DNA from: Carcharhinus longimanus
Taxonomy: Eukaryota
Length of the DNA stretch: 64,000 nucleotides
Assembly: GCA_030264375.1 (NCBI GenBank)
Contig: JASCQW010000001.1
Coordinates: 126,266,909 to 126,330,908, forward strand
Reading direction: 5' to 3'
Positions 37,115-50,334 of this stretch are shown one piece after another; position 1 is the stretch's first letter; each line of letters starts with the position of its first letter. Under the pieces are notes generated by a model. The model was not told the origin of the DNA and made no database searches. It saw nothing but the letters and a program-made list of their open reading frames with translations. The translations under genes and the position numbers were made by a program.

Positions 37115-37872
37115 CCAATGCTTACGACATTTCCTTTTCTTTGGCAAGACTGTGGACCTTGTCCATTTCCTTTCCCTCACCTTCCACCACTAAAAAAATT
37201 GGGAAGGAGCAAGTATGAGGCAAACTAGTGAGAAACAAAGCATCAGACAATAAGACCTTTTCATAAGTATATTAAAAGGGAGAGAGAGGTAAAAGAAAAC
37301 ATTGGCCCATTTGAGAATTAAACTGGGGAAGTAAGTATGGGGAACAGGAAATGGCGGTGGAGTTAAATTGATACTTTACATCAGTATTCATTATACAGGA
37401 TACTACAAGCATCGCAGAAATAATAAAAAAAAATACGGGGAAGGAATTAAATATAGTCACCATCAGCAGAAAAGTAGTTTTAGGCAAACTAGTAAAGTTA
37501 GAGGCTGACAAGTCCCGTGCACTTACTGGTTTATAGCCCAGGATCTTAAAGGTGATAGCTGCAGAGATGATGGATGCACTGGTAGTCATTTCCCAAATAT
37601 CCTTGGATTTTGGAACTGTGCCACAAGATTGGAAAGCTGCCAACGTGGTACTCTTGTTCAAAAAGAAGAGACAAAATGCAGAAAGTTACAGGTTAGTTTA
37701 ACTTTAGTAATTGGAAAAATACTGAATTCGATTATTAAGGTTTTTTTACTATTAATATATAATGTTATTAAGTAGTGCGTTTGGAAAGTCATAATCTGAT
37801 CAAGCAGAGTCAGCAAGGTTTCATGAAGAGGAAATCATGTGACAAATTTATTAGAATTATTTGAGGAGGTAT
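37115..37872 (+). mobile_element. Copy 3 of the unit, continuing into CR1 ORF2
   Basis: Continues gctgacaagtcc...ccacaagattggaaagctgccaacg...cagcaaggtttcatgaag, the CR1 pre-RT region. Confidence 0.85.
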
Positions 37873-37874
37873 CA

Positions 37875-38120
37875 CTATCCCACCCAAGCCCTATCCCTGA
37901 CGTATTTACACTACTAGACCCCTGACACTAAGGGGCAATTTGTCATGGCCAGTCAACCTAACCCGCACATTTTTGGACTGTGGGAGGAAACCAGAGTACC
38001 CAGAGGAAACCCACACAGACACAGGGAGAATGTGCAAACTCCACACAGATTGAGGCCAGAGTTGAACCCAGGTCCTTGGCATTGTGAGGCAGTAGTGTTA
38101 ACCACAGTGCCACCATGTTG
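37875..38120 (-). mobile_element. HE1-like V-SINE
   Basis: ggactgtgggaggaaacc...gtgcaaactccacacag...aaccacagtgccacc. Confidence 0.9.
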
Positions 38121-40139
38121 CTCTAGTGTTATGTCATTTACCTTTTTCCTCTCTCCTATGATCCTACACCTTTTTGGTACACTATCTCCAGGTTATAGAG
38201 ACTACACCCTATTGCTAACCTTCTTGATGAATTCAATGCATGCCTGTTTGATTTGAGAGGCTGGCCTTTTCCTCTCATCCTTTGGGAAAGATGGCTGAAC
38301 CACAGATCCCACAACAGAACCTCCTGATAAGAGTGAGATACCTGGGTTGCCCTTCCCAGGACTCTGCTCCAGTTGTGGGGTTGCTGCACCCTCAAGAATC
38401 CATGGTAAGTTGTACTTTTCTGACAAATGCCTGATTCCTTTAATTGAAATCACTCCTTTGACAAATTTGGTGCAACATTTCTCCATTTTTAATTGGCTGG
38501 GAAGTGGGATGCTAATGTCATGGCTAAATTAAAGAGCTTTGATAAAGATGCTCTAGATGGGATTCTCTGATCTCATTTGTTCCCACCCCACTGCCGGTCA
38601 GCCTAAAATCCATTCACTGCAGTGGTACCGAAGAATCTCAGCTGCTGATGAGGTTGGAGGTTTCCGAATTCTAACAGCTCCTGACCCTTTACAAGTATTG
38701 TCATTTTGCAAGGGGCTAAGATGTGAAGATTTTGCTTGTTGGCTCTGTTTCTTTTTCAAAAGAAGCTACAGGAGCTGCTGAATAGTTTCAACATTTACTG
38801 TTTTTCCTTTACTGCCTTCTCTAGTGAGAATAAATAGCCTTGGCAGCTCAAATACCCATTACCATAGTTTCCCATTCCTGTCAGCTTCCTGGGTAAATTA
38901 ATGAAATGCTTTGTCTCCTTTCTATACTTAAATAGTTATATCACACATGCTTTTCTACAATTGTGGCCTTAACATTCATTGCACAAGTAACTCTTCCATA
39001 AAATCTAAAATGTTGGAAATTTTCATGCTGTTTTTGTCTGACAAATCTCTTTCTGTTCATAATTTTAATTGTCTAAAAAGCCTTTGTTTGACTCCTTTTG
39101 ACTGCCTTACAAAAGACAACAATCTTCTATATTCCCTTTATCTATTCAGTTGATCACTTCCTTAAAAGATTCTTAGCAAATTTATTGAATGTGAAACATG
39201 TGAACCCAAGAAAGTGATTTGTACAATGAGGCTTCATCTTGACATCTCAAGAATAATATTGTGCAGATCAGTACGATTAATTGAATTGTAAATTCAACTT
39301 TAAAGCAAATCAATGCATTACTCTTATGGCCAAGTATTTGTTTTTAGAAATGATTAGTTGAAATTGATGAATATTAATTGCTTCCATTAAAATAGTACTT
39401 ATTTGTCCATGAGGAGGATTTCATTAGAAAGTTGGATAAAAGAGTTAATCATATATAGTTTTAATTTTATTCTGAGTTTTACTAAAGAATGCATTTTTTT
39501 TGGTCTATGTATCTATATTTGCAATAATTACCAATCTTGCCATTTTGAAGGGCAGGGAAAAAGATCACAAATGTTCTGTTGGCGAAGTTAAAAAATTGCA
39601 GACTTCTGATTGTATTTGTACTGATGAAAATGTAGTATATCCTTCAACTGCCACACTAAAATGTAAGTACACATTTGAAACATTTTTTATTCCAAATCGA
39701 TATGGGGAAAAGTATAACTTGTTTAAGTAGAAGAACATACTAGTCTAATGAAGCAGTCCACAATTAGTTCTGTTGAAGCAGCAAAGGTAATGCAAAATAT
39801 TAATACTGTCTGAAAAAGTAACTTCAAAACAGTAACATTTAAGGTAACCATTAATTATAATAATTATTCTCACAGGTTTCTTTACTAAAACATGACAATG
39901 CCCCCATCATTACTGTCCATGCCAACCTATCTTCCCTCCCTATTGCCCATGATTGACACAATAATACCTAATCTGCTGAGGCCAAATAATCTTTCCCCAA
40001 GACAGTTATTTACTGAGAGCAATTGCTTCCTCCTGTTTCCTGATTTAAATATTCTTCATTCAACATCGGTTAAAACCAGAAACTTAGTGTCCGACCTTTA
40101 TTAGTTCACTAAGTAGTTACTGCAAAGGCTTTTCCTGAG

Positions 40140-40387
40140 TGGGATTTTCTGTAAGAAGTCTCACAAGACCAGGTAAAAGTCAGGCTGGCTTATTTGGTAG
40201 CACAAGTCACTTGCTTTCGGAGCGCTGCCCTTTCATCAGGTATTAACTTACCTGATGAAGGGGCAGCACTCCGAAAGCTAGTGACTTGTGCTACCAAATA
40301 AATCAATTGGACTTTAACCTGATGTGAGACATCTTACTGTGTTTACCTCAGTCCAATGCCGGCATCTCCACATCATGGGATTTTCTG
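40140..40387. mobile_element. Foldback Penelope-like insertion with two opposed minimal hammerhead motifs and a 12-bp flanking duplication
   Basis: Inverted arms 40151-40242 and 40249-40337. CTGATGA...GAAA core on both strands. tgggattttctg at 40140-40151 and 40376-40387. Confidence 0.8.
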
Positions 40388-42519
40388 GTCATAGGGTAGG
40401 TAGGACTTAACATTTCCATCTAAGGTCAATGGACTTTCACTGGTCCATCAAATTATCTATCCTGCCTGCAATGATTCCCAGGGTGGGCAGGACTTGATGA
40501 TTTTGGTCCATGTTTTGGAGAAATAAATTCCCTCCATGTCATAACACATTAATGCTCCACTTTTATCTCTTCAAAACAAAGACATTTGCTCCAATGATAG
40601 TGATAAATGGGATATTTTTGAAGAGTTTACCTTCCTAGGTTTTTATTTAATATAATCAGGAATGGAATAGTAAAATAAATACCATTTATAAAGAAATAAA
40701 GTAAATAACACTGCAAATTACTTATCTTTTCAAGAATTTGGCCTGAATGGATTGTACACTGCTTTTAAACTGCATCTTCTGGACTTCACAGAAATCTGCA
40801 ATATGTACTTGGAAAAAGTCATTTTTTTCCAAAGAGTGTGGTTTAACTTTTCAGATTCTCAAAATTTTCCACCTGCTGTATTGGTGGGTAATCCCTCTAT
40901 CCTTTCTGGTGGAGAATATCGTTCTGTACTTGCTTTTTGGTTCTGATTTGTCAATCTCGGTGCAACGATTACCTTTGTCCCATCATCATGCTGTGAGGCT
41001 TTAGTGGAGGATAGGATTCTAAAGCTTGTCCCTAAGCAGCATTTAGCACATCAGGAGTTGTGAGAGCAAAAATAAATTTCTATTCTCATTTCAGATAAAA
41101 TCTCAATAGCTGGTTTTGTGTAACTTGGGTACAGAAATAATTGCATTTTACAAAACACATTTTTTCTACATGATGAGCCGCACTGAATGCTTCATTTTTC
41201 TCTCTCCAGAAGTTTTCTCACTACATTCATACCTTTGCACATTACTGCCCAGGGCAATATAAAATAATTTCAAAAAGGTCCTACTTTAGGATCTGTAATT
41301 TATGGGTGTCAACTTAAACCAAATGCGACTACAATATCAGCCTTTTATTAGTCCTTATTTTCAAAGACTAAGTTAACCTGGAAATATAGTTGCGTGTTTC
41401 CTTTCAATGGAGTATTGCAAAGTTTTTTTTAATGGAAGCCTCATGTTCACAAAATTATCAGGACAATTTTCAGCATTTAGCTCTTCAGTATAGATTTTTC
41501 TTAAATAAGTATTTGTTTGAGTATCTTAGAGACCAGTCATGTTTTTGTTCCTCCTTCATGTTTCTTCCCTCCAATGTTGACTCATGTTGGGCTGCAGAGC
41601 AAAAGCAGGGAAGGCTTCCTCTGTATCTTGATTAGGGGACTATTCTCTACATGCAAGTGAGGACCATGAGAGTCAGCATGATGACCATGGCAGCCAGTCC
41701 TGATTCTGTCCTCACTGAGGCACAGGTGGACACTTTCCAATAGGGTCTGTCAAATAGCATGAGTCTTGTTCAATTTTCTCCTATTTCAGAGGACTCAGCA
41801 AAACAGAGGAGAGGCAAGATGCATAGAAAACTGGGAGAAATAGGAGCCTGTGCCTGTGACTCATCAATCTTATTTATAACGCTCCTTATACATGAATTCA
41901 AAGCTTTGCTTATCTCTTCAATATACTTCCTATTATTTCTACACTGTTAATTATCGTATTGTATGATCTTAATACTCCATTGATGACAAGTGAAATAGGC
42001 ACAGTGCACAGACTTTGAACATGGTTGGTACGGGCAGAGGAGCAGAGAACCAGGCTGCCGAGGACAGTTGGGTGGCCACTGTCAAGAAACAAAGTTCCAG
42101 TTGGCTAGGGAAGCATGATTATCTGATTTGGGACTCAAGAAGGGCAGAACCCCATACATAGAGTACAGGGGAGGAAAGAGTAACAGAAAGACAATGGAGC
42201 CTAAATGGAGCACTAGATGTATCACCAAAGGTGGAGCTACCTGGAGATGACTGAGAAACAGTGCCAAAGGAGATTGCTGCTCTTAGGGTAGGTGGTCACA
42301 GACCCCAAAATAGATCTGGCTCTTGTTTCTCCATTCTGTGGTGAAACTTCACTGAAAGAAGGAAGATTTGTGAAGGCACAGGACATCTGAGGTACTGAAT
42401 TAACACTTTGCATTGGTCTTAACAAGCAAGAAGATGGTTAATATTGCAATAGAGGAGAAATAATTTGAAATATTGGGAAGAATAAAAATGGAAAGGAACA
42501 ACTAAATATGTTGGACACC

Positions 42520-42905
42520 ACTCCAAGTTAACAAGCCACTTGATCCAGAGCAAAGTCTACTCAAGGATGGCTTAATAGTTAAACATAATGATGGCTTTGG
42601 ATAGAGCAAGAAAGGAGAAACTGTTTTCTCTAACCAATGGACTGAGAACCAAAGGTTATAGTTTTAAAATAATTGGCAAAAGTAGAGGAACTTTTTTAAT
42701 CAAGTAGAAGGTTGTTAACAGATGGCATGCACTACCCAAAAGGATGGTGGAAGGAGATTCCATAGAAAATTTTATGTTTGAGGAAGATTAAGCTACGAGA
42801 TTATGAAGATAAATGGGGGTGTGAGACTAAATTGTACAAATTAAATTGGACAAAGAATCGGCATGGTTAGGAGGGACTTAATAGCCTCTCTCTATGCTCT
42901 ATGAC
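42520..42905 (+). mobile_element. Old CR1 3' end
   Basis: ggagaaactgttttctctaacc...agaaccaaagg...agggacttaatagcctctctctatgct. Confidence 0.6.
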
Positions 42906-44894
42906 TCATTTGAATCTGTGTTCATTTGTAGTCTCACCATACTTGGCTGAAATCATCTAATGTGCCACAGAATATGGATCAAACCTGGAACCCCTCTCTC
43001 TCCTCCCCCACCCCCATCCCATCTCTCCATGGTATATTTACTAGCTGAAGCACTGAATAAGTATGTTTTAAAAGTTCTGTCAAATTAAATGTTACCTCTT
43101 GCATGGTTTTCAACTACCTAAGTATTACCCTGGATATATACAGTTCATTTTAATGTCATTGTGAACACAGGTAGAATGAATGCATGCACACGGATAAATG
43201 AATAAATGTATTATTGTGAGAATGATATCACCCTTTCACCTACCTATTTTGCTTTTTGTTAAAACAATCACGTCTTTTATGGAACATTCATGTCCATTCT
43301 TAACACCTTATGACAGTCTACCTGAGAACAAGGGAAATTGCTTTTATTTTTTACTTCTTACTGTGCTTCACAGCCAAACTGTCTGAACAGAAGAAAAAAC
43401 CCGTAATACCTGCAAAATCTACACGGCCAAAGACCTCTCCAGAATCAAGATCTGTAATTATCTATCTTCATATCTAGCATATCATTTATAATATTTTAAA
43501 CATTTTGGAATGGTCATGCACTTCCTATTTACATCACACTTTCTATGGCATGGGATTGTTACGTTTTGTTGCACTATGGTCTGTATCAGTCTATTTCCAT
43601 CACACTTTTGTTGTAGTCCTTGAATTTTATGGTTAATTTCAATGGTGTTTATTAATTGTGCTATTTAGCCCTCCTCATGAATCTCCAAGCTAGGTGGTTC
43701 TATGGGAACATTGCATTACTTATACTTTTAATTAGCTGGAACTCAGCACATGATTCAATTCTCCTAAATTCACTGGACCTGTGCACTATTTTAGCTTTTT
43801 GCTCTGTCTCCTAGTATTTAAGATGCCTACTCCTTGTTGATTTCAGCTACTCTCACTTAGTTGCTGCACTCAAATTCGGGGCTGGAAGCTACTGACAGCA
43901 GAGTTCATCCTGCTGTATTTTTGCTACTCACCATTTCCTTCACTTATGTTAGCATGTGACTGACCATTACAGATGATTGGAGAAATGCCAGAACATGGAG
44001 GATTGGAAGGATACAACATTTTTGTACAAGATAAAAGTAATAGGCGGAAGGTTTAAAACTCTCAAACTCTTGGATGCAGAGACAAAAGATTATTTTCACT
44101 GACTTTCAGTGGGCAATACCAGAGGAGATCAGCTAGTAAATTAAAGATAAATGTAAGATTCCACACTTGGATAGACAGACAGTAAGCTTTATTACTGGTG
44201 CAAAATAACTAGATGTTGTATGCTTCCAAGCAGAAACCTAAAACTGGTAAGCATTTTCCAATTAGCAAAGTCTCCAGATCAAATAATAATTGGTCTCTAA
44301 ATGACCTGAGAATCTCTTTGTTTAATCAGATTTTCTAACCTTAAAGAGATGACTTTAGTTATGTGGAAAATTTAAAGTCATAGAGTCATTTAAATTGAAA
44401 ATCTGTGATTGTTCTCTGAGGAAAGTCATTGGAGATGTTCAAAATTATGAATTGTTTTGATAGTGAATAAGATGAAAGTATTTCCACTGGTGGGAGGCTG
44501 ATAACCAGAGGGCACTGGTATAAGAGAATTAGAGAGCTGATGAAGAGCATGGATGTGATTCTCCTGTCTGCTTCCTGCTGGTGTTAGCATTTGTCAGGTG
44601 GGATTCTCTCACCCTAATCACTTAAATCTATGCATGCTGCAAAACACACTGGCCTTCTGGCTTTACAGAGATTGGGGCACCATTTTTAAAAGGCGCTGAG
44701 AGACAGACTGCCCCCCCCATAACACCTCTCCCCCAATACATAAGGTGACCCATGCTGAGGGGAGCACACTCAACCCTTCAGAACATAGGGCACTCCCTCA
44801 CCATTGAATGAATGGGTCATTCCACTCCCCCCACACCACACGGGCAAGAGGGTGATACCCAGTCCCGGCCAGAGGCCCTCCTTCCCCCACCAAC

Positions 44895-45095
44895 AGATGT
44901 GCAGGTTTCATGGATTGATCATGCTGAATTGCCCCATAGTGTCCCAAGGTTGTAGGTTAGGGGAATTTGCAGGATAAACATGCGGGGTTATGGAACAAGG
45001 CTGGGGGATGGGTCTGGGCAAGGTACTCTGTTGGAGAGTTCATGCAGACTTGATGGTCTGAATGACCCCCTTCTGCTCTATAATGAATTTATGAT
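44895..45095 (+). mobile_element. HE1-like SINE 3' fragment within a GC-richer non-autonomous element (about 44550-45560)
   Basis: agatgtgcaggtt...catgctgaattgcccc...gcagacttgatggtctgaatgacc. Confidence 0.65.
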
Positions 45096-48000
45096 TCCGA
45101 GATGGGGTTCCCTCAAGGCCCACTCATTGGCATTGTCAACGTTGCACTACCCCTGGCAACCTGGAAGTGATACTTGACCTGGCGACTTGGAATCCGAGGG
45201 GGAACAGAGAGGTATGTGTAAGATGCATATGCACTTTTTCTGCTGCCTGCCTTAAGAGGGAGAGGGACCTGGGTGTTGGGTGGGCTCAAGCTGGGGAGAA
45301 GGGGTTAACCTCAGACTCTTTCCTGGGTGGGATCATATGGCTGGACTGCCCCTTTATAGCTCTGGAAAAAAGTGGAGATCATGCTTGGCATGGTGCTCCC
45401 AAGTGGATTTCATTTCAAAATCTTCATTCCTATCTGCCTACTGTAAAACCTTTGAAGTGCCCTGGTCACTTTAAATATTTGTGCTCCATGGACATCTGCA
45501 AGCATTCAAAATCACAGCAACTGACATGAAATGTCAGTTTCAGCGGAGGGGGGGATTCCCTTTTGTAGCCTGAATGAGCTGCAGGTGCAGACTGGCCACT
45601 TTGACCTGCTCTGATTGACAGTGGCACAGCAGATCAGACAGTTCATTATAGATGCAATCCAGTAAACCTCATGGACCTCCTCATTCCACTAGACCTGTTC
45701 ACTCAGCCTCATTCATTTAACACTGCATTTTTTCCAGGTTGTTGAGCATCCCTGAAAAGTTCAAAAGCCTCAAAAACTTTGTTATCCCTTCAATTTCATG
45801 TTCCATTACCTTTAACTAGCCTTTGATTGACAGGTTAGATCAGTTACCCACTCATTTGTTTTTCCTTCCCCTCGTGGTTGAATGCATCTCAAGTGCCTGT
45901 CTTTGTTCCTAACCGCAATGTTTATAAACATGCTGCCTTTGTTGACATTTTGAATGAATTACCCACTAGCCATGAGGTTTCAGTTCCTTTTCTAAGCACA
46001 AACTTTAGAAAGTACTTAAGGTGCATTGAATTGAGAAGAGAAAGTAAAAAAAAGCTCTTGGCTAGTGGGAAATTGATCCAACCTGTCAATCAAAGCACTT
46101 GCANNNNNNNNNNNNNNNNNNNNNNNNNNNNNNNNNNNNNNNNNNNNNNNNNNNNNNNNNNNNNNNNNNNNNNNNNNNNNNNNNNNNNNNNNNNNNNNNN
46201 NNNNNNNNNNNNNNNNNNNNNNNNNNNNNNNNNNNNNNNNNNNNNNNNNNNNNNNNNNNNNNNNNNNNNNNNNNNNNNNNNNNNNNNNNNNNNNNNNNNN
46301 NNNNNNNNNNNNNNNNNNNNNNNNNNNNNNNNNNNNNNNNNNNNNNNNNNNNNNNNNNNNNNNNNNNNNNNNNNNNNNNNNNNNNNNNNNNNNNNNNNNN
46401 NNNNNNNNNNNNNNNNNNNNNNNNNNNNNNNNNNNNNNNNNNNNNNNNNNNNNNNNNNNNNNNNNNNNNNNNNNNNNNNNNNNNNNNNNNNNNNNNNNNN
46501 NNNNNNNNNNNNNNNNNNNNNNNNNNNNNNNNNNNNNNNNNNNNNNNNNNNNNNNNNNNNNNNNNNNNNNNNNNNNNNNNNNNNNNNNNNNNNNNNNNNN
46601 NNNGTTAATTGCTAGCCTTAATGCAGAAAAGCAGTGATACTGTGCTTAGGAAGAGCTGCCTGAAATATTGCAAGAAAAATATTTTAATATCTATACTTGG
46701 TGGTTGGTATGTAATTCTAATTGCAACTTTTTGTTGAAGAAATTTATGAAAAACTTGTATATTAATGCCATTACACGTTACATCCTTAGTTGATCAGGTG
46801 TGTGAAGAAGATTATCACAGTATGCATGATATATATAGTTTTAAATGGATTGGGGATAATTATTGGTGAAAGTAAGTGAGTTGATAAAACTAATATTTAC
46901 TAAGGATGAAACTCAAGAAATCAATGCCAAAATACTTTAATGAGATACTTTGACAACAGCATGAAAATAGAATGTATCTGCATGCTTTCTTTGTCAGAAC
47001 AACACTTTGCCAGCATGCGTGATGATAGTCAAGATTGTAAATGCGTGTTTATAACACCAACATTTTTTTGTCCTCATAAAATTTGCCAGAATAGATGCAG
47101 ATAGTTTCAGCTCATGAAACCGGCTTTAACTGTCACACAGCAAATAAACCATCTTTCCCAAACACACACACATTCACCTACATAAAGACATTAACATATG
47201 CCAGGTATATTCTACTATTAAAATATTCTGTCAACAGTGATAATGACCAATCCGGAAGAGTAAATTAAAAAGATCACTGAAGACTTCATAGGTAATAGGA
47301 TTGTTGCAAACATTATTCAGTTCACCACAGACAAGATCCCTCATTTAAAAATGAACAGTTGAGCTGTAGAATCCTGGAGGATCCATACTCCTGGTCTATG
47401 ATGTCAGCTAGAGCATTGAAGAAGTGTTGCAATGAGTTGGACATTTCTGGTATAGTGAGGGGAAAATTACTGACATTCTTTCTTCTGTTTCCTGTCAAGT
47501 TGAAATCGTGCTTGCTTAATTGACAGGCACGATCCAGCAAAGCTGTGGTTGAACAGCAGACTAACACACTTGAAAGACTCTGGTGAATATTTGGTGTCTC
47601 GATAATAATGTACCAGTGGGGACTTCTGGCACCTGTGAAATCATATCCTGTGTTCACTGAAATAATATTTACAACTTAATTGCATAAGAAGTTCAAAATA
47701 ATGGCAAAATTCCACACTTAGCAACAACTCCCACCCCTGACCTTCCATCTTTCAGTTAAACAATCTTATCACAGGCCTCTCCATCATTCAGGGTCTCAGG
47801 CTTGTCTTTGTCTTTCTTCCAGTTCTATAAACATTCAGCTGAATTTTAGATCTTGTACTTTACAGCCTGTTGCATGTGGGGAACCTGAGTGTTCCTCAGC
47901 GATGCCACTATCTCTACATGTCTTGTTCCCACGCCTGCATGATTTTCCAAGCCCTGAAAACGCACATCTTCAATGTGTCTCCCTGTATTGCATATCAGTC

Positions 48001-49425
48001 ATTTAATTGGGATGGAACCTTGACAGCTCAATTTCCACTTAATGTCCCTAATAAACACATTTTTGAGGCAATCTTGCAGGAGAAATACTATTTTGTTGCT
48101 GTTCCTTTAGTCGAGTTGTCTCTGAAGGCATGATGGGCAACAACGTCTCGACGTGATTGTTACAAGGAGGCCATGGCACCATTTCTGTCGAGCCTTGGCC
48201 TTCGAGCTCAGATGTGCACCTAAAGCATGTTGCCAATCATGCAGCTTGAAACCCCAGGCTGCTTTGGATCTGAACAAAAGCTTGTCAGTGCATATATTCC
48301 AACTCGAGTTTCACTTAAACATCCTGAAATTAAAGCTGGATTCCATTTGTACGTCTCAATTGAATGCAATAATATTGAATTTCTCCCCATTTTTGTAGCC
48401 TGTGAAAAATCAATTGAAGATGCTCGGTTAAGTGATTTCATCATTGAGTTGCCATCCTGGTTAGCAGGTTTCCAGGCACTACTGATTGACAGTTCCCACA
48501 AAACATTGACAAATGGGATTTTTCAGATGAATTGATCTCGTTCAGAATATTCATTTTGTCAGGGGCCCGACCATTTCATGTTCTAACGAGCATTAATTGG
48601 CAGAAGATGGAACTGATGCCCATCACTGGGAGGAGGCCCTGCTTTGGGGAATTGTTGTCTAATCTAATTGGCTGGCAGCTCTCCAGTCATTCCAGGAACA
48701 GTGCTGCATTGGCTAAAAGAGGCATTGCAGTTAGCTGCCTAACACTCTATACTAGGACTGAGAAGCAAAGTGGCAGGGGTAAAGGGTGGAAGGGGAGGTA
48801 GTGAAGTCCGGTGGGGTGAGGGGGGGTGTCACAATAGGGGTGACTGGCATCTCGGGGAATAGGTCGGGGAGATGGGGTAGGTAGACTGGAGGTCACTGGG
48901 CCTTAAGCTGAGAATGCCCAAAATCAGACAGCGACTTCTGATGGAGGCACACTCCCTCTCCCCAATCAAGATCAAACTTAATTTCAGCTCTCCCACCCCT
49001 GATCTATCATCTGCCAGCCAACCTAAAAATTGAGGCTTGGCTGAAAAAGCCATTAGGTGGCCACTTAATGACCTTAAATGGGACAAAGATGAGCCTTCTC
49101 CTCCCAGGCTCTGCCACCCGGCATTAAACCACAACCAGGTTGGGACAGTGCAATCCTGGAGGGAATCCCATGCTTGCAATTTTATACTCCCTCCGTCTGT
49201 CCCATCACACCAGGTGAAGGAAGTATTGATTTCCAGATGTCAGTTACGCAACTGTGTTGCTAAGTTTATCAAAATTTATAGTAAAACATTTTAAATCTAA
49301 ATGTAAATTCTGAAGTTATTTATTTATTCATTCCACCTATCATATAGAAATAGAACTGTCCCTGATCCACAGCGAAGGGTTGAATTGCGTAGGTTAATTT
49401 CAAACATTTTGCTTCTAAAAATAAA

Positions 49426-49550
49426 GGGCAAGATTTTCCAGTGCATTGCCCCAATACCAGAAAATCCCACCCAAGATCAAGAGACCTTTCCATGATCTGC
49501 CCCTCTCTCGCTATGATTCCCGTGCTGGACTGAAAGGGAAAATTTGCCGC
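49426..49550 (+). mobile_element. MITE copy
   Basis: gggcaagattttcc...aaaatcccacccaagatc...gattcccgtg...ggaaaatttgccgc; ends are imperfect inverted repeats. Confidence 0.7.
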
Positions 49551-50204
49551 AAAATGTTGTGATTAAATAAATGCTTTCCACTCTGAATTCACATTTTATC
49601 CTCACTTACTGTCAGTAGAGATCTTAACTATTGTCTACATGCACAAGTTAAAAGTTAGCATTTATTTCAGCGTTTTTCGATGTTAAAAACTAATTAACCT
49701 GTTAATATACGGTCCTCGAATATTTCTTCCAAAATAACATTTTGCTTATTTTTCAATAATTTTTAACTTTCAAAAGTCACTGATGCTATCTTTTGCAACA
49801 TGTTTGGTTTATTTTAACTTACCATAACATGGTAGTAGAATTGGAATTTAGTAATTTGCATAACATTGTTAAAAATGTTAAAATCAGTTGTTAGAAATGA
49901 CAAATTAAAGTTGTACCAAAAAGGAGCTTCCTGTCCTTCTCAGCACCGGTATGAGATAACACGCCATTATCCCATATTTTCAGTTGAGCAAAGGAAATAA
50001 TGTTATGTTGACAGGAAGTGCATGCCATTCACAAATCATTTAATATCATAGAGATATTATTTATTCCAACCTAGTCTAATTGATGTCAATTAGATTGAAA
50101 TGGCAACATAGAACTGATACCCCTGAATAGCAAAATGTTAGAATTTACATGAGGACAAAATTCATTTTGTTTTGGAAAACAAAGTTTCTGTTGCATTTTA
50201 CCAG

Positions 50205-50334
50205 CTCACAAAACAATACAAGGCTGATGTTCACCAACACAAAGAGAATTTTAGATCATTCCTTGAGAGAAGCTTTAACCCCCAAGAATCGTCACAACAG
50301 AAATGTTCAGAGGCTGGAAATGTTGACAGAAAAG
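50205..50334 (+). CDS. Candidate exon D: LTKQYKADVHQHKENFRSFLERSFNPQESSQQKCSEAGNVDRK
   Basis: Acceptor gttgcattttaccag, donor AAG|gtaaga. 130 nt, phase 0 to 1, joins in frame to exon E. Confidence 0.75.
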
